Source of the DNA: an uncultured bacterium
Lineage (GTDB): Bacteria; Actinomycetota; Coriobacteriia; Coriobacteriales; Coriobacteriaceae
Assembly (NCBI GenBank): GCA_905215445.1
Contig: CAJMPZ010000003.1
Span: 387 to 64,386, forward strand
DNA: 64,000 nucleotides
Reading direction: 5' to 3'
The notes beneath the pieces were generated by a model. That model was not told the origin of the DNA, made no database searches, and saw only the letters and a program-made list of their open reading frames with translations. A program made the position numbers and the translations under genes. Positions 1-9,637 of this stretch are shown here, in pieces. Each line of letters begins with the position of its first letter. Position 1 is the stretch's first letter.

Positions 1-1177
1 GATCGCGGAAATAGCGGGCGGCGATGGAGCGAACCGCCTCGAGGCCGGGACCACCGATGCGCGGGGACGGCGAGGGCTCGGAGCTGCCGGGGCCCAGCTC
101 CACTTCGACACGACCGGCAAGGTCCGCCCCGGCAACGGCCTCGCGGCAGCAGGCCACGACATCGGCCACGCTCGTACCCTCGAGCATGCGGAAGTTGATA
201 TTGACCCACATATCTTGCGGCATTACGTTGGCACCGGTACTGCCGCCCTCGATTTGCGTGGGCGCACAGGTGGTGGTCACAAGCGGGTACAGCTTTTTGC
301 TGGCAAGGCAGTCGCGCACGATGGCATCCTTGCTGGCAGCAATCTCGTCTGCGGTATAAAGCCCCAGCTCGACGAGCTGCGCGGCAAGCAGATCGGTCAC
401 ACGCGCCGGCCACTCGATATCGCAAATCGCGGCAATAGCGCGGCTGAGCACTTCGAGCGACGTGCCACCGTAAGGGTTGGAAGAATGCCCGCCCTCGCTC
501 TTCGTCCTGAGCACGATATCGGCATAGCCCTTCTCGGCAAGATCGGCATGCATAAGCCAACCCTCGCCTGCGCCGTACTCGGCAGCCTCAACGATACGAT
601 AGTCGCCCTCGTCAATCAGGTACTCAAGCTCAACGCCGCGCTCCTCGAGCACGCGGCCAATGGCACCCGCGCCGCACTGCGTGGTCTCCTCATCCTGGCC
701 AAAGGCCAGCAGCAGGGTTCGTTCGTGTTGCCAGCCGTGCGCCAGCGCATACTCAACGGCCTCCAGGATGCCTGCGACCTGGTCTTTCATATCGATGGCG
801 CCGCGACCCCAAATATAGGTGTCGTCCACGTGCCCGCTAAAGGGATTGTGCGTCCAGTCTGTCTCGGTGCCCGGCACCACGGGAACCACGTCCATGTGGC
901 CCATGAGCATGACCGGCTTGAGGGCGGGGTCGATGCCGGCAAGCGTCACGAGCAGCGAATGGTCGATGAGCTCGACCTCGCCCGCCGCAAACACGCGCGG
1001 CCAGGCCTGCTGCATATAGGCGCGCAGGTCGGCAAACGCCTGCCAGTCCACCGCCTCGGCATCCATACTCGAAATGGTCGGAAACGACAGCACACGGCCC
1101 AGGCGCTCGCATGCGCCGGCCTTGTCCAAATCGGCAAAATCATCCTCATGCGCAAAGAAGCGCCAAACCTCGGCCAT
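1..1177 (-). CDS. M20 family metallopeptidase (Gly-X carboxypeptidase-like), 3' end runs off the window
   Basis: Not in the ORF track. Manual translation from ATG 1177 (RBS GAAAGGA) gives MAEVWRFF...LMGHMDVVP...IWGRGAIDMK...FGQDEET...LIDEG...AEKGY...GGHSSNP, the M20 zinc-binding motifs. Confidence 0.9.
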   Translation of the reverse strand, partial: MAEVWRFFAHEDDFADLDKAGACERLGRVLSFPTISSMDAEAVDWQAFADLRAYMQQAWPRVFAAGEVELIDHSLLVTLAGIDPALKPVMLMGHMDVVPVVPGTETDWTHNPFSGHVDDTYIWGRGAIDMKDQVAGILEAVEYALAHGWQHERTLLLAFGQDEETTQCGAGAIGRVLEERGVELEYLIDEGDYRIVEAAEYGAGEGWLMHADLAEKGYADIVLRTKSEGGHSSNPYGGTSLEVLSRAIAAICDIEWPARVTDLLAAQLVELGLYTADEIAASKDAIVRDCLASKKLYPLVTTTCAPTQIEGGSTGANVMPQDMWVNINFRMLEGTSVADVVACCREAVAGADLAGRVEVELGPGSSEPSPSPRIGGPGLEAVRSIAARYFRD

Positions 1178-1249
1178 GACATCCTTTCGATTGTGATGAC
1201 GAGGGCCGCCCCACCGGAGCGGCCCTGCCACGTACGCGTTTGCGGTCGG

Positions 1250-2032
1250 TTATTTGTCCTCGAGATAACGCGAGAGGAACTCGCGGGTACGCTGGTGTTT
1301 GGGGTTGCCAAAGAGCTCGGCCGGCGCGGCATCCTCGAGCACCACGCCCTTGTCCATGAAGACCACGCGGTCGGACACCGTGCGGGCAAAGGCCATCTCG
1401 TGCGTGACGACGACCATGGTCATGCCGTCGGCAGCGAGCTTGCGCATGACCTCGAGCACCTCGCCCACGATCTCGGGGTCGAGTGCGGAGGTCGGCTCGT
1501 CGAACAGCATGATCTGCGGATTCATGCATAGAGCACGAGCGATGGCCACGCGCTGCTTTTGACCACCGGACAGGCGACCCACGGCGGCGTGCGCGAATTT
1601 TTCGAGTCCCACACTCGTCAGATGCTCCATCGCAATTTTTTCAGCCTCGGCCTTGCTCATCTTTTTGAGCGTGACGGGCGCGAGCGTGCAGTTGTCGAGC
1701 ACATCCATGTTGTTGAACAGGTTAAAGCCCTGGAACACCATGCCGATGTCCTCGCGCAGCTTGTTGATGTTGCAGCGCTCGGCCGTGAGGTCCTGGCCGT
1801 GGAACCAGATGTGGCCTGCGTCCGGGGTCTCGAGCAGGTTGAGGCAGCGCAGGAAGGTCGACTTGCCCGAGCCCGAGGCGCCGATGATGGTGACGACCTC
1901 GCCGGGGCTAACGGCCAGGTCGATGCCCTTGAGCACCTCGAGCGAGCCAAAGCTCTTGCGCAGGCCCTCAACGCGGATGAGCGGCTCTTTGGTTTGCGCG
2001 GCCGCAGCGCCGGTAGTAACGGTATCTGCCAT
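1250..2032 (-). CDS. Polar amino-acid ABC transporter ATP-binding protein (GlnQ-like)
   Basis: [40 protein letters not shown]; start moved to MADTV after the GAGGAG RBS. Confidence 0.93.
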   Translation of the reverse strand: MADTVTTGAAAAQTKEPLIRVEGLRKSFGSLEVLKGIDLAVSPGEVVTIIGASGSGKSTFLRCLNLLETPDAGHIWFHGQDLTAERCNINKLREDIGMVFQGFNLFNNMDVLDNCTLAPVTLKKMSKAEAEKIAMEHLTSVGLEKFAHAAVGRLSGGQKQRVAIARALCMNPQIMLFDEPTSALDPEIVGEVLEVMRKLAADGMTMVVVTHEMAFARTVSDRVVFMDKGVVLEDAAPAELFGNPKHQRTREFLSRYLEDK

Positions 2033-2054
2033 GATGAATCTCCTCGTCTTGCGC

Positions 2055-3203
2055 CTAGTTGGAGCTGGGCAGCGTGGCCGGAGCCTCGGCACCGAGCTTT
2101 TTGCCAAAGGCCTCGAGCAGGCGGCTCGCCACGAGCGTCAGGATCAGGTAGACCACGAGCGCCACGCAGTAGACTTCCATCTGGCGATAGTACACGCCGG
2201 CGACGGTGGTGGTGGCGTACATGAGGTCGAACACGCCGATAACCGAGAGCACCGACGAGTCCTTGATGTTGATGATGAGCTCGTTGGTGAGCGCCGGGAT
2301 CGCGTTTTTAATGCCCTGGGGGAACACGACTTTGCGCATAGCTTGCCACTGCGACAGGCCCAGCGAGCGTGCTGCCTCGGCCTGGCCGGGATCGATGGAC
2401 TCGATGCCGCCGCGCAGGACTTCCATCATGTAGGCGGTGGAGTTGAGCGAGATGGTGACGAGGCCGGCGGTGAAGGTGCTCCAGATCTGGTTGGCCTGAG
2501 CGGTCTCGAAGCCCATGCCGCGCAAAACGGTGAAGCCCGCGTAATAGATGAGCAGACCCTGGACCATCATGGGCGTGCCGCGCACGATGGTGGAGTAGAC
2601 GGTCGCAAAGCCGCGGCCGATACTCTTAAAGAAGCGCACCAGGTCGTTATCCACGCGGTCGAACGTCTGAATACGCAGGAACACAAAGAGCAGTGCCAGG
2701 AAGAATGCGATGACGGTGCCGAAGGTGGCAAGCGCGATGGTGATCTCGATACCGCGAATGAAGAAGTCGCCGCTCTTGTAGGTCATGTAGACCAGGCTCG
2801 ACAAAAAGTCGCTGGGGTTGGAATCCGAGACAATGCTCACCTGCACCAGGTCGATAAACGACATGACGCAGCGGTCGACAAAGAAGATCGCCGCGATGAC
2901 GACCACGACATAGCTGCCCAGGCGCGCGCCGCGACGGAAACGCTCGGATGCAAACGGTGACCTTTCGCGATAGTCGCTCCAGTGCATAACCTTGGTGACG
3001 AGCGCTGCCGCCGACACGACGATCCAGGCCCAAAGAATCGCCCAAAGGCAATCCTGGAAGATGCCGGTGGGCGCCAAAAAGCTCAGCGGCGTGGGGTTGC
3101 GCTGGCTAAATGCCAAGCCGAGCGCCGCGATAACGCTCGTGCCCAGGTACACATAACGGTGGTCGGCCTTGATAAAGGAGGCCAGACGATTGATGCCTTT
3201 CAT
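2055..3203 (-). CDS. Amino-acid ABC transporter permease with an extra N-terminal membrane region
   Basis: [34 protein letters not shown] (EAA loop), [11 protein letters not shown]. Confidence 0.92.
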   Translation of the reverse strand: MKGINRLASFIKADHRYVYLGTSVIAALGLAFSQRNPTPLSFLAPTGIFQDCLWAILWAWIVVSAAALVTKVMHWSDYRERSPFASERFRRGARLGSYVVVVIAAIFFVDRCVMSFIDLVQVSIVSDSNPSDFLSSLVYMTYKSGDFFIRGIEITIALATFGTVIAFFLALLFVFLRIQTFDRVDNDLVRFFKSIGRGFATVYSTIVRGTPMMVQGLLIYYAGFTVLRGMGFETAQANQIWSTFTAGLVTISLNSTAYMMEVLRGGIESIDPGQAEAARSLGLSQWQAMRKVVFPQGIKNAIPALTNELIINIKDSSVLSVIGVFDLMYATTTVAGVYYRQMEVYCVALVVYLILTLVASRLLEAFGKKLGAEAPATLPSSN

Positions 3204-3212
3204 GCTGCCTCC

Positions 3213-4139
3213 CTATGCCGGCTGACGGTCGAGGCACGCGTCCCACATTTGGTCGCGCTCCTCTTGGCTAATGCCCTTGAGTGTCTTGTCGATGAGCTTA
3301 AGCAGTTTGTCCGAGCCCTTGCGGCAACCGACATTTGCCGTGACCTCCTGCTTAAAGCCCTCGCCCTCGGCAAAGTGGATGGGGACGATACCGGGATTTT
3401 GGGCCATATAGCCCTTTTCGTTCTCCGTGTTGTAGGTCACGGCGTCGCACGTGCCCTGCAGCAGATTCGAGAACACCGTGGGGACCGAATCGACCGGGTT
3501 CTTGTGCACAACGCCCGGAATCTCGTCGATGACGGTATCGAGCATGGTGTCCTTTTGGCCGAGCACCGTGGCACCGCTGAAGTCGCTGAGCTTGGTGGCG
3601 TTTTGGTAGGGCGAGCCCTCTTTTACGAACAGGCCAAAGTAGCCAATGAAGTACGGGTCGGAAAAGCCGACGGACTCCTCGCGCTCGGGCGTGGCGCTCA
3701 TGCCGGCGATGATGAGGTCAATCTGGCCGTTGTTGAGCGAGTCGATAAGGCCCGAGAAGCTCTGCTTGACGGCAACGGGCTCGCCGCCGAGAGCCTTGCA
3801 GACGATCTTGGCGATCTGCACGTCGTAGCCATCGGCATAGGCGCCCTGCACGTTGTCGATGGGGATCGTGAACTCGCTGGCCTCGGAAACCTGCCAGTTG
3901 TACGGGGCGTAGGCCGCCTCCATGCCGATGCGGATCTTTTCCTTGCCGATAACGGAATCGGACAGGTCATCGCGACCGCCGCCCGTCGTGGGCTGAACTA
4001 CTTCCAGCGTGGAGGGACGCTGGCAGCCGGCAAGTGCGCCGGCGACGACAGAAGCGCTCGCAGCGAGAGCGCTACCCAAAAAGATGCGACGGCTGCATAC
4101 CGGCTGTGGATGCGCGTCGCGCTGTTGTCGAGATTGCAT
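3213..4139 (-). CDS. Amino-acid ABC substrate-binding lipoprotein (SBP_bac_3)
   Basis: SRRIFL twin-Arg-like leader, lipobox LAGC, IGMEAAYAPYNW, GYDVQIA, AGMSATPERE. Confidence 0.9.
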   Translation of the reverse strand: MQSRQQRDAHPQPVCSRRIFLGSALAASASVVAGALAGCQRPSTLEVVQPTTGGGRDDLSDSVIGKEKIRIGMEAAYAPYNWQVSEASEFTIPIDNVQGAYADGYDVQIAKIVCKALGGEPVAVKQSFSGLIDSLNNGQIDLIIAGMSATPEREESVGFSDPYFIGYFGLFVKEGSPYQNATKLSDFSGATVLGQKDTMLDTVIDEIPGVVHKNPVDSVPTVFSNLLQGTCDAVTYNTENEKGYMAQNPGIVPIHFAEGEGFKQEVTANVGCRKGSDKLLKLIDKTLKGISQEERDQMWDACLDRQPA

Positions 4140-4281
4140 CTGGTGCCTTCCCAATTTCGTTTTGCTGACAATAAGACAGGATATACGCCCGCAACCAGCA
4201 GCGCGGCATGTGCGCGAAAAATTAATAGACACACGAGGACGATTGGCGCAAAGCAGCCTGCCCCATGTACCACTTGGCATG

Positions 4282-4323
4282 AAAAAGGCAAGGCATAGAC
4301 CTTCTGGTCATGCCTTGCCTTTT
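4282..4323. terminator. Bidirectional intrinsic terminator
   Basis: AAAAAGGCAAGGCATAGACC-TTCT-GGTCATGCCTTGCCTTTT hairpin downstream of the epimerase gene. Confidence 0.75.
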
Positions 4324-4394
4324 GAATGACAAATTGTCGCTCTGGGTGGCGCGCAGCGTCGACCGGTCCGTCGTTCGTTAGAACGGCGGAACCT

Positions 4395-5288
4395 CTAGAG
4401 CAGGGTGACGCTAAAGGAACGGATGTCGGTAGCGCCCGGTGCCAACGTGATGGTGTTGACCTTGTGCTCAAAGACATCGTCCTCGGTGTCCATGGTGGTG
4501 TGGCCGGTCCAGGGCTCGAGCGCCACAAACGGAGCGTCGTTGGCGGCAGACCACACGCCGATGTACTTAAAGCCCTCAAAGTCGATCTTGACGCCGTGGC
4601 CCGACTTGCGGCCGCGCAGCGTGAGCGTGGAGCCCGGAGTATCGGTGAACATGATGGCATCGTTATCGAAGCTGCGGTGCGTGATGGGCAGCACGTCCGA
4701 GTTATCGGGAGCCTTGTAGCTACCCTCGAACGTCATGAGACCGTCGGGCGTGATGATGGGAGCCTCGTTCGTCCAGGCCTCGGTAAACGCCAGCTCGTAA
4801 TCCTCGAATACCTCGTCCTCGGCACCGGGGGCGGGCACGTTAAATGCGGGGTGGCCGCCCACCGAGAACGGCAGGTCCACGTCGCCGGTGTTCGTAACGG
4901 CAAAGGTCTGGGTAAGCGTGGCGTCGCCGGTCAGGGCATAGGTCATGTTAAGCTTAAAGTGAAACGGAAAGGCCTTGAGCGACTCGGGCGTATCGGTGAT
5001 CTCGTACGTTACCGAGGAGCCGTCCTCCGAAACCTCGACCAGCTTGTGCTCGACGATGCGCGCGAGTCCGTGGCGCGGCATCTCGCAGGTGCCGGCCGCA
5101 GACGTTGCCGTGTTGTTGCGCAGCGAGCCCACAATGGGGAACAGGATGGGCGCATGCTTGCCCCAAAAGGTGGGATCGCCCTGCCACAGATACTCGTTGC
5201 CGTTGAGGGCAAGGCTCGTGAGCTGGGCACCCATGGAATCGATGGCCGCGGTGAGGCCGCCGCGCTTGATGGTAGTGACGGTGGACAT
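4395..5288 (-). CDS. Aldose 1-epimerase family protein (LacX-like)
   Basis: EYLWQGDPTFWGKHAPILFPIVG, RHGLAR, GGHPAF, FVALEPW. Confidence 0.9.
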   Translation of the reverse strand: MSTVTTIKRGGLTAAIDSMGAQLTSLALNGNEYLWQGDPTFWGKHAPILFPIVGSLRNNTATSAAGTCEMPRHGLARIVEHKLVEVSEDGSSVTYEITDTPESLKAFPFHFKLNMTYALTGDATLTQTFAVTNTGDVDLPFSVGGHPAFNVPAPGAEDEVFEDYELAFTEAWTNEAPIITPDGLMTFEGSYKAPDNSDVLPITHRSFDNDAIMFTDTPGSTLTLRGRKSGHGVKIDFEGFKYIGVWSAANDAPFVALEPWTGHTTMDTEDDVFEHKVNTITLAPGATDIRSFSVTLL

Positions 5289-5367
5289 GCTACTTCCTCC
5301 AATAGTAAACAACGGTGTCGAGGGCTATTGTCCCACTCTTGGCGGCGGGGTTGAGCGACAGGTGCAG

Positions 5368-6237
5368 TTATTGAGCAATAGCGTAAAGGTCAAACCCGCC
5401 CTGCGGCGTGCTATCGACCGTATCGGGCGCCTGTGAATTAAAACTCACCGGAACCATGCGCTTTGAGGCACGGTAACGCGTGCCGTCGGTGGCGACGGGC
5501 GGCTCATCGACCGTGAGCTCGTAGTCGCCGGGCTTGAGCTCGATGCCGTCACCTTCGGAATTGACGTATTGGTACTCGTCGATCGCTTGCCCCTTGAGCG
5601 TGCGACCCACGATATGGACGAGCATCTGGCTGTCGCCGCGCGCGGTGTCCCACGTCGCGCCGTCCTTGACCTCGACCGATACATGCACCGAGCGCGTGCG
5701 GCTGAGCGATTGTTCGACGGACATCTCGACCTTGGCGGCGTCTTTTCGTTGTTGTTCAACATGGCTCCAGACGTTTCCAATTACCGAGCATGCGATAACG
5801 CCGGCCATGAAGGCGATGAGGATGGGGCCGAGCGGAGAGCGACGGCCCGCGTCCTCCTCGCGAGCCAGGTCGGGGCGACGTGTGGGCGCGGGTGCTTGGG
5901 CACCCTGCGAGGGCACGTCGAGAATGCTGAAGGATGCCGTACTGCCGGGGTCGATGTTATGGCGCGGCTGCGGGATCTTGGCCGGCGAGATGGACATGTC
6001 CGCCGGCTCACCGAGTGTGGCCGTAGCATCGGCCTTTGCCTCGTCGGCCTCAGCCTGGGCCCAAGCCTGCTCAAAGGTCAGAGGCTCGGCGGCATCGGAG
6101 GCGGCGTCAGGCTCGACAGCAGCATCGTTGCCGGTCTCGTCCTCGTCGCTCGACACGTCACACGGCGTAGGCTCGTCCCACTCCTCGTCCGGAGCCTCGC
6201 CCTCGCTATACCACCATTCAAAGTTATCGATATCCAT
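5368..6237 (-). CDS. Hypothetical single-pass membrane protein (acidic low-complexity N-terminus, beta-rich C-terminal domain)
   Basis: 289-aa ORF with one hydrophobic segment (ILIAFMAGVIACSVIG); no family recognised. Confidence 0.7.
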   Translation of the reverse strand: MDIDNFEWWYSEGEAPDEEWDEPTPCDVSSDEDETGNDAAVEPDAASDAAEPLTFEQAWAQAEADEAKADATATLGEPADMSISPAKIPQPRHNIDPGSTASFSILDVPSQGAQAPAPTRRPDLAREEDAGRRSPLGPILIAFMAGVIACSVIGNVWSHVEQQRKDAAKVEMSVEQSLSRTRSVHVSVEVKDGATWDTARGDSQMLVHIVGRTLKGQAIDEYQYVNSEGDGIELKPGDYELTVDEPPVATDGTRYRASKRMVPVSFNSQAPDTVDSTPQGGFDLYAIAQ

Positions 6238-6321
6238 ACGGGGCGCCCCTTAGGCCTCGCAAATAAACACTTGCTAGCCTTATACCCCCAGATGGCACGG
6301 GAGCTCGCCGGCACAGACAGG

Positions 6322-6389
6322 AAAAGCGTCACAACATTCGACGCTTTTCCTCGTTTTCGAGATTTTCATCGAATGTTGTGACGGTTTGG
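6322..6389. repeat. 68-bp palindromic intergenic repeat, copy 1
   Basis: One mismatch to 11246-11313; internal 15-bp inverted repeat CGTCACAACATTCGA/TCGAATGTTGTGACG. Confidence 0.9.
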
Positions 6390-6438
6390 GCAGCAGCCAC
6401 ACCACGAATGTGACGAAGGAACAGTCCCCTTGTCACAT

Positions 6439-7302
6439 CTAGAGGGCGACGGGAATTTGGATGCAGCAGAAGTCCTCTTGGTGGGACTCGTCGTAGCTCG
6501 TGGTATCGAGGTAGCAAAAGTCGAAAGCGTTGCCAACGGGCTGGAGCGCGTGCTCGTCCATGCAGGCAACGATGGCGCGGATGCCCTCGGGCTCGTACGG
6601 CATACCCCAGCGGCTCATGCACAGGTATGTGCCCTCGGGCAGCACTTCGATGCCGATCTCTGCCAGCTCGGCGGGATCGCTCGGCAGCAGTTCCTCGACA
6701 CCGCGCGGCAGCACGGCAAAGGAGCCCGCGCCGGCGATAGGGTCGTCGGAATGCAGCGCCTCACGACGCAGCATGGCACCCCAGCCGCGCATAGGGCGCG
6801 TGCCCGTCAACGCACGCATGCGCAGGATGGCCCGCATGAGCGTGGGGTGAAGCATCGAGCGGCCGCGCTCGATATCGCCTGGAAACTCCTCAAAGACCAC
6901 GAAGCGGCGCTCGAACTGCTTGAGCTCCGGCTTGCCCTCGCGCTCGCGCCAGTAAACTGCCTCGTCGTAAAAGCTCAGACGCTCCTGCACGCTCGCACGC
7001 TCGGCTTTGAGCCCGGCAATCTGCTCGTCGAGCGCCTGCACCCGCGAGCGCAGGTGGTCGGTCATCTCGCTAATGTCGAACGTCGAGGCTAGGCGGTCGA
7101 TCTCATCGAGTTCGAGCCCTAGGTCGCGCAGCATGCAGATCAGACGCATGAGCGGGATCTGCGTGGGCGAATAGAAACGGTAGCCTTTTTCGTTAACCAC
7201 GGCGGGCTTAAACAGGCCGATCTTGTCGTAGTAGATGAGCGTTTGGCGCGAAACGTTAAACAAACTCGCCATCTCGCTAATCGCATACATGCCCGTCTGC
7301 AT
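6439..7302 (-). CDS. MerR-family transcriptional regulator with C-terminal GyrI-like effector domain
   Basis: YAISEMASLFNVSRQTLIYYDKIGLFKP...GYRFYS; LPEGTYLC; CIQIPV. Confidence 0.9.
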   Translation of the reverse strand: MQTGMYAISEMASLFNVSRQTLIYYDKIGLFKPAVVNEKGYRFYSPTQIPLMRLICMLRDLGLELDEIDRLASTFDISEMTDHLRSRVQALDEQIAGLKAERASVQERLSFYDEAVYWREREGKPELKQFERRFVVFEEFPGDIERGRSMLHPTLMRAILRMRALTGTRPMRGWGAMLRREALHSDDPIAGAGSFAVLPRGVEELLPSDPAELAEIGIEVLPEGTYLCMSRWGMPYEPEGIRAIVACMDEHALQPVGNAFDFCYLDTTSYDESHQEDFCCIQIPVAL

Positions 7303-7394
7303 AGGTCCTCCCGACACATCCTTTTTGCGCACAAAGCCCGCCGCCCACAGGGGCAGCGGGCTCAAACACTACTCGTATCCTACCCTAAAGACGC

Positions 7395-7973
7395 CTATGA
7401 CCAGCGCTTATAGTTTGCGCATGACACGCCGACGGCCTCGAGCGCCTTGGCGGCGATGTGGTGCACCGCGTCGTCGAGCGTGGCGGGGCCGTTGTAAAAC
7501 GTGAGCATGGGCGGCATGAGCATGACGCCCGGTACGCGCGCAAGGCGCGCCATGTTGTCGACATGAATGGCGCTGAAGGGCGTCTCGCGCACCATGAGCA
7601 CCAGGCGGCGCTGCTCTTTCATCTGCACGTCGGCCGCACGCAGCAACAGATTGTCGCTGTAGCCGCTCGCGATGCCGGCGAGCGTCTTCATGGAGCACGG
7701 GGCCACGATCATGCCGTCGACCGGATAGGTGCCGCTTGCGATGGCGGCGCCGATGTTCTTGTTGTCGTAGACCACATCGGCATGCGTGGCAAACTCGTCG
7801 AGCGTCATGCCGAGCTCCTGCTCGATGGTGATCTCTCCCCCGCGCGTGACGACAAGCGCCGACTCGGCACCTGCCTGGCGCAGGCATTTGAGGCACTCAA
7901 GACCCAGCGCGGCACCGCTGGCGCCAGACACGCCAACGACAATGCGACGGGGACGGACAGAAGACTCAGGCAT
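7395..7973 (-). CDS. ubiX: Flavin prenyltransferase UbiX/LpdB
   Basis: VGVSGASGA, AAIASGT, APCSMKTLAGIASG, RAADVQMKE, VRETPF. Confidence 0.95.
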   Translation of the reverse strand: MPESSVRPRRIVVGVSGASGAALGLECLKCLRQAGAESALVVTRGGEITIEQELGMTLDEFATHADVVYDNKNIGAAIASGTYPVDGMIVAPCSMKTLAGIASGYSDNLLLRAADVQMKEQRRLVLMVRETPFSAIHVDNMARLARVPGVMLMPPMLTFYNGPATLDDAVHHIAAKALEAVGVSCANYKRWS

Positions 7974-8006
7974 GACGGCTCCTTAACTACTTGGTAGGGC
8001 TACTTA

Positions 8007-9494
8007 CTAGAAAGCAATCTCCTTGGCCCACTTGTCTGTGTCGATCTCCATGAACTGCGAGCGAATGAAGTTCTTCTTGAGGTCGAACGGGACCGTGCAG
8101 TCGAAGATGGCCTTGCAGGCGATGCCGTGCTCGCGGATCGTGGGGTCGAACGCGGGGTCGTTGGACGGATCGAGCACGTGGCAGTGGCAACCGGGGATGG
8201 TGATGAGGTCCACGTCGGCCTGGAAGCGCGTGGTCATGGCCCACATCACGTCGCTCATATCGAAGATATCGACATCCTCGTCAACAAGGATGACGTGCTT
8301 GAGCTCGGAGAATGCCGAGAAGGCGAGCATGGCGGCGTTGCGCTGACGGCCCTCGTCATTTTTGCTCGACTTCTTGAACTGCATGATGGCAACGAACTTG
8401 CCGCCGCCGCAGGGGGCAGCGTGGACGTTGAGCAGGCGGCCCGGGATGGCGGTCTCGACCATCTTGTAGATGGATGCCTCGGTGGGGATGCCGGCCATGG
8501 ACACGTGCTCGTGCGAGGGACCGATGCAGCTCTCCATGATGGGATTGACGCGCGTGGTGACGGCGGTGATCTTGATCACCGGGCAGACCTTGGCGCCACC
8601 GGTGTAGCCGGGGAACTCGGGCATGGCGTAGCCGTGGCCGTTGACGTCCTCGTTGATGGTCTCGTCGTGCATGAGGTAGCCCTCGAGCACATACTCGGCA
8701 TTGGCGATGCACTTCTGCGGAACGGTGACGCAGTCGGCAAGCTCGACGGCGTGGCCGCGCAGGGCGCCGGCGATCTGCAGCTCGTTAAAGCCGAGCGGCG
8801 TGGTGGGCGCCTCGAAGCCACAGCACATGTACACGGCGGGGTCCAGACCGATGGAGATGGAGATGGGCATGTCTTCGCCGCGCTGGCAGTACTCGTCAAA
8901 GAACGCGCCAAGGTGACGGCTGCCCGGAGTGATCCACATGGCGAGCTTGTCCTTGTCGACGCAGGAGAAGCGGTGGATGGTCACGTCGGACTGGGAGCCG
9001 TCGGGGCTCGTGCCATAAGCGAGGCCCATGGTGATGTAGGGGCCGCCGTCGACGGGCGTGTTGGTGGGAGCGGGAACGATCTTGCGCAGGTCAAAGCCCT
9101 CGTCGGTCGCCTTGTACACGACCTCTTGGCAGTCGACGTGCGCACCCTCGGCGATCTGCTCGGGCGCGATCAGGTTCTCGAAGCGCTTGCCGATCTCGAG
9201 GCCCAGGTGCTCCTCGTCGAGGTCGAGCAGGGCGGCAACGCGCTTGCGGCTGGCAAGCATGCCGATGCAGACCTTGGCATCGTCAAAGCCCTTGACGTTG
9301 TTGAAGACCATCGCCGGGCCCTCTTTGGTCGGACGCATAACGGTGCCGCCGGCACCGACGCGACGATAGACGCCCGAGACCTCGGCGTCCGCGTCGACCT
9401 GGGTGTCGGTCTCGAGCAGCTGGCCCGGCATCTCGCGCAAAAAGTCGAGCGCGGAGCGCAGGTCGTGGATCTGGGAAGCATCGGTAGTGGACAT
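8007..9494 (-). CDS. ubiD: UbiD-family prFMN decarboxylase, AroY/LpdC (protocatechuate/gallate) clade
   Basis: GVYRRVGAGGTVMRPT, DVTIHR, FEAPTTPLGFNEL, AMPEFPGY, DEGRQ, VDEDVDIFD, WAMTTRFQ, IFDCTVP match the AroY/LpdC sequence as I recall it. Confidence 0.92.
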   Translation of the reverse strand: MSTTDASQIHDLRSALDFLREMPGQLLETDTQVDADAEVSGVYRRVGAGGTVMRPTKEGPAMVFNNVKGFDDAKVCIGMLASRKRVAALLDLDEEHLGLEIGKRFENLIAPEQIAEGAHVDCQEVVYKATDEGFDLRKIVPAPTNTPVDGGPYITMGLAYGTSPDGSQSDVTIHRFSCVDKDKLAMWITPGSRHLGAFFDEYCQRGEDMPISISIGLDPAVYMCCGFEAPTTPLGFNELQIAGALRGHAVELADCVTVPQKCIANAEYVLEGYLMHDETINEDVNGHGYAMPEFPGYTGGAKVCPVIKITAVTTRVNPIMESCIGPSHEHVSMAGIPTEASIYKMVETAIPGRLLNVHAAPCGGGKFVAIMQFKKSSKNDEGRQRNAAMLAFSAFSELKHVILVDEDVDIFDMSDVMWAMTTRFQADVDLITIPGCHCHVLDPSNDPAFDPTIREHGIACKAIFDCTVPFDLKKNFIRSQFMEIDTDKWAKEIAF

Positions 9495-9637
9495 AGCATG
9501 CTCCTTTCGGGAGAGCGCCCGGCGGCGAGGATGCCGCCGGGCTGGGTAACGTAGTGGGGCCGCGGCGCTCATAGATGGGACGCTCGGCCACTCGCAGTTC
9601 GAGCACTCGGCTGCTTACAGCCCAAGCGCTCGACCGC

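Noticed and set aside
3213..4139. Twin-arginine lipoprotein leader as a novelty
   Set aside because: Such leaders are common on Coriobacteriia solute-binding lipoproteins.
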